Of a stretch of DNA of 64,000 nt, positions 52,418 to 64,000 are shown piece by piece. This stretch comes from Tubulanus polymorphus (taxonomy: Eukaryota > Animalia > Nemertea), in assembly GCF_964204645.1 (NCBI RefSeq), contig NC_134025.1:10540001-10604000 (forward strand), read 5' to 3'. Every line of letters starts with the position of its first letter. The stretch's first letter is position 1. The translations under genes and the position numbers were made by a program. The notes beneath the pieces were generated by a model. The model did not search any database and was not told the DNA's origin. It saw only the letters and a list, made by a program, of their open reading frames with translations.

Positions 52418-54103
52418 GGAAGGCAGAGGTCCAGACCTCGGTGACCACTCCCTAAATCCACCCCTGAAATACCATGGGCGAAAGTCATCTTGACCCACAT
52501 CGAACGATCGTTTCCGTTCGAACAAACATCTTTTTGAAAGGGTTGTAAATATTCCACGTTGGATCCACTTTATAAGTCATTCTTACCTCGAGTTACGTCG
52601 AAACCATTTAATGGAAGAGAGAAATGCACTAGGCCAGGGAGATGCAACGTGGTCTATCATTCATGGTGGGAACTCTTATAAATCACTAATATTAGATTGG
52701 TTCGGTGTTTGTAAACGTTGGCGAATTATTGAGATTCATTTATTGACCGTCGTAATTTCGTTAGAAAGCTTTGATATTGATGAATCTGGCTGGCTCTCTC
52801 TCTCTCTCTCTATAGTTTATCTTCGCCACGGTGACTAACGAGCGTCCGCAGCCCGGCGCGTCACGTGACATGTATGCCACGTGACGCAAACCACTCATCG
52901 CATCACGATAATGCGCGATATAATTCGATTAAATATGACGCACTCTTTTATGCAAATTTGGTTTCAAAATTTAAAACCACTCAAATTGCAATGAAATGAT
53001 TGCAGTTAATTAACGAAACACAGTCGAAAACAACGTCGCTCGTTCGTTGACGGATGACTTTGAATCCATTTATCTACATAAATGCATCGTTGGCAACCGC
53101 AATGTTGTTCCGACAGATACAACATGTCGCCGTCATATTTCTATAGTTTCTAATGATGAGGCAATAAGAATAACAACGGTACTTTGGAAATCGACGGTTG
53201 GGCTATATAAATGCGGCTTAGTGCAATCGGGGACTGGTCACATATGGGGATTTTGCAGGAATGGACGAACATAAAGCAAATGCGATGATCAGACCAGATA
53301 TAGATTATGATTATCTTTTGCTCCTACGATATATTAGAAAATTATCTTTTGGTCATTTTGTCATGATCACCACAGTGATGTTTTATGACATTAGGTCTTT
53401 TTTAGTTTGCAAAGACAAAGGGAAAATGTTTCAAAATATCTTTACGCTTTGAAAGCTAATGATACATCGTTTATGGTAGTTTTCTGTTTCGCAATAAAAT
53501 TTGTTAGTTTTTTTTCTGTTTTCAACGATTTCTGAAATCTACGTGTGCGAGAATTAGAAAACACGCGGAAACGCTTTGATACTTGAAAGTGATGCTTATG
53601 TGTGAAATTGATCGTTCTCTGTTCGCAAAAACGAGATAAAATGTAACATTTTTCCGAACCCTGATACGTTTCGATATTGTTCTTTGATTCCTGGTCGCCT
53701 TTTCATGCGCGTATTCATTACGGAGCAATTTACGTAATTCAATTGTCAGTAAATCGCTAGTGCGTTCAATGTTCGGCGATTGTCGCGGTCAAATTGATCT
53801 TTTTTACGATGCACTTCACGGTTTCACAAGTTCTTAGCCTTAGTCTTCTCTTCCGTGTTTGTACAACATAACGCTGTCGCTTTGCTTTTTATGACGGATA
53901 TCTATGGTTCGGCCTGTGACTTATCATATTACAGTGACGCACGCATCTCAAAGAACAATAGTCTCGGATATTTAGCGCCCAAATATGACACAACCGAGTT
54001 AAGAGTGACACAAAGTTCCCGGTGAAGAAGCGACTTACTAATCTGACGATCGCTTCCAGGGCCAAATACAAGTGTATGACATCATCTCGCCGTGACTCAG
54101 GCT

Positions 54104-54413
<310 letters not shown>

Positions 54414-54519
54414 CTTTTCTTTTTCTGCGTACGCAAATCAGATTTCGCTCCGACAGTGAAAGGTTTCGATAATTGTAGGCCAAGTTTTTGATTCCATCTG
54501 AATCACGTTTGTTTTTAAG

Positions 54520-54520
54520 T

Positions 54521-54553
<33 letters not shown>
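54520..54553. repeat. (ATC)n microsatellite
   Basis: atcatcatc... about 11 units. Confidence 0.95.
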
Positions 54554-54554
<1 letters not shown>

Positions 54555-55247
54555 GCAGAAAATGAAATGGGAAGTAAGATAACCGTATTGTCTATAAGAT
54601 ATCACTCGCAACCGCCCGACTTACGATTAGGCGGACGCCGCCTGTGGAAAGAAAAAGATTGGATTGCACCGATTTCCAGTGAAATTCACACTCAAAGTAG
54701 AAAAAATTATGATCGGACTGACGAACTCACTAGAAATTGATAAATTCTTTTGAATTATTATATTATCATACGTAATTTAGAAGATAGTATTTTAAAAAGG
54801 AATTGGGATATCTTGTTTGAAAAATAAAACCAACACTATATCATCTGATTATCTGATCATTCGGTTTGATGGTTTTAGAGTCCGTTTTATTTTTCGATAT
54901 AAACCATGGCATGATCTAATTGATGAACTGGATTTAGTTAGTTTAAAGCAAAAAAAATTTCGGCCGGCCGTGTCTGATTCATTCGGTTTTTAAATCTGCT
55001 TCAATTCGGATAATACCGATACCGTAATAGCCCCCTTTCGCTTCCATCCACATCTAGGCACACTCCATCCAGACACTACCGATCCTGATTCAAAGTGCTA
55101 ATTCATTCAGCACTTCATAATGTCCGTCAAGTGTACGAGTCTAACTGAAGTGAAAAGTCACGGGTGACGGCAACGACGTCGGAAAGGTGAAAAAGGTCTA
55201 TGGATAGATGAAAATAAAATACTTGAGCTCTCGATAAAGTTTTTCAT

Positions 55248-55495
55248 TTGACGCCGTATATGGATACTTAATTTGCGTTATACAATAGGTTCTGAGTGAA
55301 TCGAGGAGCACTAACGTCATCGACATTGGCGTTTCAAATAACAATTAAAATTGTGAATTTTGGCGTTTATTTTGTAAATAAGTATACATCGCATAATTTA
55401 TTTCATAGACATATTATTCATTGTGGACAATATTCATTAAGCAATATATGTGTTTTTTCCAAGTCGTCAATAAACTTTCAAGTTATTTCTCTTGT
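55248..55495 (+). mobile_element. Dispersed repeat, shortened copy 3 of 3
   Basis: ttgacgccgta ... ggttctgagtgaatcga ... aagtcgtcaataaactttcaagtt. Confidence 0.65.
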
Positions 55496-58400
55496 TCTGC
55501 ATCCACCTACATTACAAACTGATTAGTGCTACATTTAATCACCAGGGGTCTCTATTGAAAATGAGTAGCGCGGTACTGCTATGACGCGCGAATGAAAATA
55601 TCTAATACGATCAATTTTATCGCCGGCGTGCTTGGCTTGTTTTGAAAAGCCTTTTGAATCGGTTTTCATACAAAAACCTACCGGAAACCGAATTGATGCA
55701 GTCCTTGTTATCATTAGCCATCAATGAAAATAATAATTAATTCTGAAAAAAACGGGGAGTTTTTCCAGCGGCGCATCCGTGAAAATCAGAAATAATAGAA
55801 TTATTGTCAGTGGACAAGATTTAACAACTTGACAATATTGGTCGGCGGCATGTGTCATCGCGTGGAATCACCGCGTCAAGCGTCAGGGGACATGCAGCGC
55901 ATATGGGGGCTGACTAATCCGAGATCACTAGTAAATACGCAGTAAATAGATAACCACTTCATGATTGTTTGTAAAATTGGTAGATGATATCAGCCCCCCA
56001 CCTATCCGGCATGAGTCAATGAGAATCTGCCTGACAGGCTGCTGTCGCCCCAAGTAACCGCAGGACTGTAACCAGTTCTGCGCTGACAATGATGTTACGT
56101 AACGGATCAAATTAGTAGCGTTAATCAACTGGCGGACTGTGTACTCCGGGGTAATGTCAAAACCGCCGTCAAACGTCGCACTCTAGCAACGTCTGTTATT
56201 TTCATATCTTTTCTTCAAAAACCAACACCTCGCTTTTCTAATCATTTTGTCGTTTGATGTGGTTTCGGTCATGACGCATTCAGTACAATCACTTACACGG
56301 GTTACATCAACGCAAAGAAAGTAACGTTATCACATTAGAGAATTTTATTTCATCCTGAAAATGATAAATGCTTGTACAAGAATATGAATACGATACATTA
56401 AACATAAAACTATTCATTTACAGCGCATTAAAACATCCATAGTTTCATAACATCGGCTCTTTTGTATTTGAAAGTTCATAATATCTTACTTCGGTCAGAT
56501 TGATCATTGTAATAATAGTTCGGCAGATTTTTCTCCTCTGATCGTTGTATTAAAACAATATAGCATCGCTAGATGCTGCCCCCTGTTGGAGACATCACAC
56601 AAACTGTAAAACTTTTCGTTGATTTTGATAATACCGGTAAGTATATATATAGTTATATAAATAAGCTGGTCAGAGTTTACCCAGTGCATATAACTATTTT
56701 CGTAAACATTATGACTATTTACGAGGGGTTTTTACGATGGTTTCGCGCATGCAATTGCATTTAATTAATTCGCTGTAAAGTCACTCATGCATGTGTTACA
56801 CGGAGCCCAGTTCGCTGGCTGCGCAAAAGCTTTCCCGTCCGACCGGGAAACCTTGATCTCGTTGATGCGTGGTATTTAATAAATCTCTAATACCACCTTG
56901 CTCTCCCTTCGTTTCTGTTTAGTGAAATAGAAGAACTCTCTCGTTTTCCCGGGAGCTGTATATGAGAATAGTATACCCGGCCACGATAGATTCCGCGAAT
57001 TCTTTCGGAATTAATCAGAAGTCACGGTTGCCTCTGTCCGCAATGAACGCTCGTCTTTCGCTCGTTGAATTTTTCAGTAAATATACGTCAGATCCATTAA
57101 ATGGAGTCAATTTCAAAGTTGAAAGCCATACGAAAACAAACATCCCTTTTAATGCTTCCAATATATAAACACTCCGGAGTTCTAGCTAGAAATCGAAAGG
57201 TTAATTCGGTATCATGATATAACGTATAACGTAATTCAATTAAAATGCGAAATTCTTCCAAATTGTTTTTGGTGAAATGCTGGCAATCAATTAACATTCG
57301 ATTTCGTTGAATATCATTGCAAAGTCATTGCGAGTAACCAGTCCGCAAATATGTTAAAATTTACAAACTCAACTATCTAAGCTCCAGTAAATGATTGGGT
57401 ATTTTTCAACAAGTCAGTTGTCAGTTATTGGATATATATGAAGTTTGCACATCAAGTGCAAAATAAGAAAATGTATATGAATGCACGAAATGCCATGAAA
57501 AACAACAAAGAACATTTACTGAAAATAAATTATCGCAAACTTGTAGCAGATTTTTCTGTAATGATGATATGAATTTCATGCAATTCATGCTTCTTGAATA
57601 TTCTTGGGCAAAACTGCTTAGAAATAAAAGAATGAATCATCACAATCACAATAGTCAATAAAATTCGTTTTTTTTCTGCCCCACCACATCCCTGACAATT
57701 TTCTCAACAACGCATTCCAAGGTGTGGCCACTTTTATTACATCCGCAACAAAAGAGTGCCATGTTGCACTAATAGATAGATACGTCTTTTCTTCGCTCTT
57801 TCGTTAATGACTTGAATATTTATTTCCGGGCGTAAAATCTAACGAAGAATGTTATTACGAGTTGGCGCAAAACATAAAATGCAAAATTTAAATACAAGTA
57901 TGCAAGTAACAGGTGGTTACTGACGTACTCGTTCCAGTTGATGTATCGGAACTATTGTTGCAGTCTGCCGTGCACGAAACAGAAAAGAAACAAGAAAAAA
58001 ACAGAAAGAAAGAAAGAAAGAACGGAATTAGATGGAAATATTTCTATTTCTTGTATTTTTAGTCTACTGACAGCTCTGCCGATAGCTTTACGAGCCGTTT
58101 ATTCTGAGGATGTATTGAAAATATTTACTTTTTTATTCACACGCGAAACAATTCAGGTTTTTTTCCCGTATCAAACAATTTGTATTTTGAACTTGTAGAA
58201 CATGACGAGAAAGCCAAGTCCTACAACCAGAGAGCAAAAAAGTATTAAAGTATCAAAAAATATTAGAATCAAGAATTTTCAAGAATTTTCGTAATTAATT
58301 TACCGTTTTGATTTACTTTAACTTTTCGGCTTTCTGATTGTGGGACTTGGATTTATTTTTCACTCGCAACACAGTGTGAAGCTCTACCTCGTGCCTCGTC

Positions 58401-60815
58401 AGCATGATGAGAAAATGCTGACTTATTACTTTCATTATAACTCACATATCATCTACATAGTGATATTCAGAAACTACCCATTGCAGTATCTGAGATTTCG
58501 TAAGAAATTGTAATTATCTTCGCGAGACAAATTCGTGCAAGAAAATCTTCTTTGCAGTACCCAAACACCTTTCTCTGTCTAGTGCCTCCAAAAAGGATAG
58601 AGTACATGCTAGAAAATATACATACACGGTTTGTATAAATCACCACACGAAGCGCTTCCACATTTTGATTATTCAACTGAATATGTTTGCGGAAATATTC
58701 TATGATCGAGGGTTGATAATGGATGTCCAGGCCAGTAATCTTATCAGAAGAAACAAAGAGCCCGACTCGCGCTAATGTCTTCGGAAAAAACGAATTCATT
58801 TTGTCCAGCACTTTATTGCGGCGACTTCGTTACGCGAATTGAAAGGCGATTCGACGGCCGATTGTTTTTGACCAAATTTTCGCCACTTTCCGTTGCGGCT
58901 GCCCCGTGGTGAATCACGCTCGATGAATTTGCGATTATTGTAACTCATGAGCGTGTTTATTCAATATTAGGTTTGGCACATATGGACGGGCGTGAGCAGT
59001 TTGAGCGCGGATTGTGAGTCAGGGTTACATACCCGACTCAACCGGCGGCAATGACTCACAGTGATACGCTTGTCGCTGAAACACCTGGACTTTTATTAGT
59101 AATACTAGTAAAATATTTATTTGATACTGCATAACGCGGTTGGAATTGTTCAAAACTGAGTAAGATAGGCGTAATGATCCTAATTACAAAAGACGTCGAT
59201 CTGCGGAGCGCGTTAAAATCCTCCGTCGAATAACGACGGACGCTTTTAATGGGGGAATTTTGCGCGATAATGATTCGTGCAAAATCGAATTGAGATTTCA
59301 TATAGATTTCTCCGTTGGGTAATGATGACTCAAAGTGGCCAGATGATAGTTTAGGGAGGTGTTCGATAGTCTCGGTATTGCTCCCAGGTGAGTTTTCGGT
59401 GCAAAATTGCCAAACGACAGCGAAAAATCGCTTTCGACCGGAATTACGCGCGCGCGCGCTTGATATGTATTAAATTATAGCGTTTTCATTAATTCTAAAA
59501 AAAACGGAACAACAGCAAAACTACTTCCTTTTACAGCTTACTATCATATTTCATAGAAGCATGATGGTAAATAAAATGATAGTCCCCAGATGCATTGTGG
59601 AAAAAGAGCTCTTATTCATAGATAGAGCATTAGAAAAATTATTTTACAAAAAAAGCAAATCGATGGTAAATTCGCTTGTCATAGAAACGTCAAATTTTTA
59701 GAAAAAAAGAATCACAGATGTGTAATGTGGTAGTAAAGTTCGTGAAATAAAATAGAATTCCAGCCATAGAAATATATGCTTATAATATGTCGGTATATGC
59801 TATTCATAAATTTGCATTCATTCATTCATATCAGATGGTATGTAACGATCACGAGTAGTGAGCAATAGGATGAGCCGGTTTTACGTGTAAATATGCGGAT
59901 TCGTCATAAAACGCATTATTCATAATGCTTACAATAATACAACGCCGCAAGTACGATCCAAAAATCTGACTCAGGGCCACTGAAGTTTGACCTTCTAACG
60001 CGAATGGCGAATCCCAGGCTCTCGCGTGCGCTCTCTCGCTCTCACACTGCAAAATTGGTGGAGTTTCGTTGCATTCCTTAATCCGTATCCCTGACTAATC
60101 CCGCTTTCTATAAATTCCTCCCGCTTGCATATATATAAATACTTGCATATCCCAGGCAGCGTAACGGCAAAAAATAAACAATTGCATTCCGCACAGGGCC
60201 TGCAAATAAACAACGACTTTCAACGTAATTTTGCAGAGCAATAATTATTTAAGTTTCTTTGTAGAAAATAAGCATTTTTCCTACCAGCCACGAGGTTTTC
60301 TGTTCATTCCCATCTCTTTTCATCTGTTCAAAAGACCATATCATTTGATGTCTATGTTGGGGGAAGCTCCCGAGGCAAACCACTTTAATAAACACTTTAA
60401 AGCTAAGATTCTTAATACATAAACGATTACTAATTTCTAGAAAAAAAAACAATACCAGTGTCAGATAACAAGTTGCTTTTGAAGCACGGATTCCGGATGA
60501 GACTCTTCAGTAGGGATGATACAGCCAGCGATCCGCGGATGCCGGATAATCCCAAAGGCATTTTCTAGTAATCAGTAACATTTCTCCGACATCCGTTCCA
60601 TATGCTGCGGCATCCTGAAATGCCAAGCATCGGGAACATCCCCCACCCATGTCCCTGTGGAAGGACTCATTTACGATGATGCAAACGTATGGGTAGGTTT
60701 ACGAAATCATATTCAATTTATGAAATATCATTTTCGTAATATATATTGATATTCGAACCGGTTGTATTTTTTCGGGGCATTTCAGAAGTCCACTTTTTAA
60801 AATTCAATTCAGGTC

Positions 60816-61178
60816 CAGGAGCAGATCCAGGGACCACAAGGGTAGCACAACTTATAAAAAGGGCATAATCGCGACAACGAAGGGGGCTGGGTCCTCCCCA
60901 AGAACATTAAATTTACTGCTTTTTGGTGCAATTTTCAAGCAATGAAATGAAGTCCTGATGCAAACTGCTTTCTAGAAAATTTACTGCATTGAGAAAGATG
61001 AAATGGTTTTAAAATCATCTGCCTCGTCTTGTAAAATGGTTCTCTTTTCTACTTTTGGGATTGATAGGGACGGCTGCATGTGTTCTTTTTACTTTGGGGA
61101 TGAAAAAAACGAAAAAAGGCACGAAATTCTCGCGACGGTAACACGTGCCAACGGTGCTACCGTCTGAATCCACCCTTG
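60816..61178. mobile_element. CAGGGGCGGATC-type MITE
   Basis: caggagcagatccag ... ctgaatccacccttg imperfect terminal inverted repeat. Confidence 0.5.
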
Positions 61179-64000
61179 AGGTTCCGAATTCATAAGTGAA
61201 TTATTACGCCATCAGCAGGAAGGTCTCAAGCAATTCAAAATTAATTCAATTCAGTAGTCAATTCTATAATACATTGCATTACTCTCATCTTCGACATCAA
61301 TGTAACTATAAGATCTATTGATACGGACAATACGGACGCTCTATTGCAACACGCGTATTTTCTACGTAAAATCGAAAACGTTTGGTTTGGTTTGAGTCAT
61401 TGACGGATGTTTCGCGAGAAACGGGACATCAAATGTTACGAAATTAGTTTCACACTGTCGGACCGACGTGTTAAGACGAAAATGAATCTCGCCAAGTCCT
61501 TTCAATTTCAGCGAATCGACGACAAAACCGCGGCGTCATCACCGCACCAGCCTGCTCCTTTGGCGATGTTCGAATGATGAATATTTGTTCGTTCCTAGTT
61601 TATGAAAGCACACATACGAACGACTGGTTGTCTTAAGTCGGCTTATCGAAGGCAGATCGATGGCAATCAATGGGCGCTGGGGAGATTGTGCCTGATGACC
61701 CGTGCTTAGCAGACGACTAAGTGATAAAGTGCGCGAGAATCACATCATCTGTTTTGCTGATCAAAGAACATAAAACCTAACGCGCCTGTTTTATCTAAGC
61801 GTAAACGACTTCCCGGCGTTATTTCAAATGAATATCTTTTGCGGTCTTCTTATAGCACATATTCGCGAGGTGTCTATTACTCATGTTGTTCGTTGCGTAA
61901 AATTGAACGATTGGGCGGATGCCTCGGTCCGAAATGAAAATTCTTGCCAGCACAGTCAGTCGGTAATATCACGTGGTGACTTGAAAGATCCGACGAATCC
62001 ATCCATGCAAATGCGTCAGAGGTTAAACCTAATGAATTTTATGCGCATATAGAAATGAAAACGATTTCGACGTCGTTGATTTCTTTGTAAAAAACTGCAC
62101 CACGTCTAAAACGCGAATTTTTAGTATCGAAATTATTATAAATGAGTGTAATATTGAAAAAAGGTTGCCTCGTGTTGGGCCAAGGGATTCAGAGTTACGA
62201 TGATCGCTTCTCCAGTTACTACTATCTAAACTGCTTTGTTTGATTTCTGAGTAACCAAATACTACAGGGATTCGCGATTAATCTCACAAACGCGTACAGC
62301 AGCATTATCTAGCGGGATATGTAATTTTTGTTTAAGTTACCACAACTCGATCACACGCGCTAAATAAAAAGTTCTCGTATAGAAAATCCGCCTCTTCTTT
62401 TCAAAGACGCATATTCTGCGCGGCGAAAGATGTTTTCGCGTATTTGCGAACGACCGTGTCACGGGAATTCCGAACAGGAAAAGTTCTCATCAGCAAATTG
62501 CCTTCGCGAAGCGCGTTGTCAATCATCGCGTATGTCGTAGAAAAAATACGTCGCTATTGCGCGTCAAAAGTTAACGTAGTTCTGGTAAAACCTTTTAATG
62601 CGGGTTTTTCTAGCGAATGGATTTGTTTGAATTGGCGTGTTATCAGGGGAAGCGCCGTAAATCAAATAAGAAAATGAGTATCGGAATGCCATTTGACGAC
62701 ATGATTCATTGGTTTTGAGCAGATTTCGAACCCTATGGGCACACGCCGGATAACGACCCGTGTGTACTCGCGTGCGACTCTGTTTAACTCGATCATCACC
62801 TGACACAGAGTTTAAATGCATCGCCCCCAGAGAGAGTGTCGTCATTTGAAATTTAATTTGATTGGGGAAAAATGAATAATTGATGAAAAGTTCGACACTT
62901 GTATTCGGCTCGAAACGAGGTGAAAAGGCCAATTAGAAGCAATGAATATCCGAAAGTTATCCAAACAAATAGTGGTTTTTTGCAAGGGCCGATATTCATT
63001 TTCGAACACGTCATAGAACTAAGCGTACTTCAAATAAACAGTCATTTATTACGTGGTTTTTACCTATAAGGTATATTCAGATAGATAGCTAAACTTTAGA
63101 TCAAAATTGATGAGTCACGATGACTCATTTCTACTTTCCAAAAGTACCAACTATAATTAAATATCGACTAATTACTAGTTTTAACTTGCGGGCAAAAGGG
63201 AATCCAACGTTTCCATTATGTTTCATATATTTGTCTACGTGGATACCGAAACTTTTCAACAGCAGAGCTGAACGAATGAGATTTATGTATTAGATGGCGG
63301 AAGTATGCTGATGACCATCAATTCACGGATGTCATTAAGTCAGGACGTTATACGGTGACGAAGACATCCTTTTATCGTTCAATACCTGGTGGGCTCGGGT
63401 CACCTTGAATATTTATAGGAAATAGGGGTGAGAACGCGGGCTGAATTCATCTGCGCCGACGAGTAGTAGGCAGGTCCTGTTGGTAAGGACATGACCCTCA
63501 AGTGTGGGAAATAATTGATCATTAATTCGCCGGGGATGATGCGTATCTGCGCATACCAAGCAGTATCCAGCGACGGAGGAGTTGCGAAAAACGATTCGAT
63601 CACAGTCGATTGAGCAGCAACAAGATTGAGTGTTTATTATTAGTCACTACCGGGGAATTGATTCGCGGTACAAGATATCTGAAATTAACGCGCTACAGGT
63701 TCCATTTATTTAGATTGATGACATTCCTCCATTATGAGATAACGAATCCATTTATTTTTACGCTAATTGAAAAAACGAAAATTAAAATTGATGGCCTGTT
63801 TGTCCACGATACGATCTTATTCACGCATCGGTGCCTGTAGTAAGACGAATTCATTTCAAAATCTGCTGCGGTATAGGTCGATATACTTACGATACGATTA
63901 AGTTTTGAACAAACATGATGAATATTTTCTATCGATATTTTGCGGCCATTCTGATGTTATGGATCTTAAAAAAGGGTTTAACCCTGTAATTTATTTGATT

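Noticed and set aside
58467-58811. 114-aa minus-strand ORF (and 46803-47201, 62564-62932)
   Set aside because: No motif, no supporting splice structure; compatible with chance ORFs.

Overview
Eukaryotic (bilaterian invertebrate-like), AT-rich genomic DNA with spliced genes; nothing indicates a prokaryotic or CRISPR system. The left ~36 kb is gene-dense: (i) the last exon of an unrecognised single-pass membrane protein (+, 3982-4976), preceded by a near-perfect 1536-bp tandem duplication; (ii) a PH-domain evectin/PLEKHB-like gene with a long Pro/Gln/Gly/Tyr/Asp low-complexity tail (-, 8338-11936, 9 coding exons, largely invisible in the ORF track); (iii) head-to-head with it, glucosidase II alpha subunit GANAB (+, 13303-26417, 22 coding exons, 935 aa by hand splicing); (iv) an IkB/cactus-family NF-kB inhibitor (-, 31798-35390, 5 coding exons, 446 aa). 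The right ~28 kb has no recognisable coding gene, looks CpG-rich by eye and is dense in AP-1 and kB motifs, like a regulatory desert upstream of IkB. Introns and intergenic DNA hold many MITEs, Helentron-type non-autonomous elements and Penelope-like remnants with hammerhead-like cores. All gene models were built by eye from GT-AG boundaries and frame continuity; family assignments are from recalled motifs, not database searches. I did not find a clearly new multi-gene system; the best leads are listed as findings.
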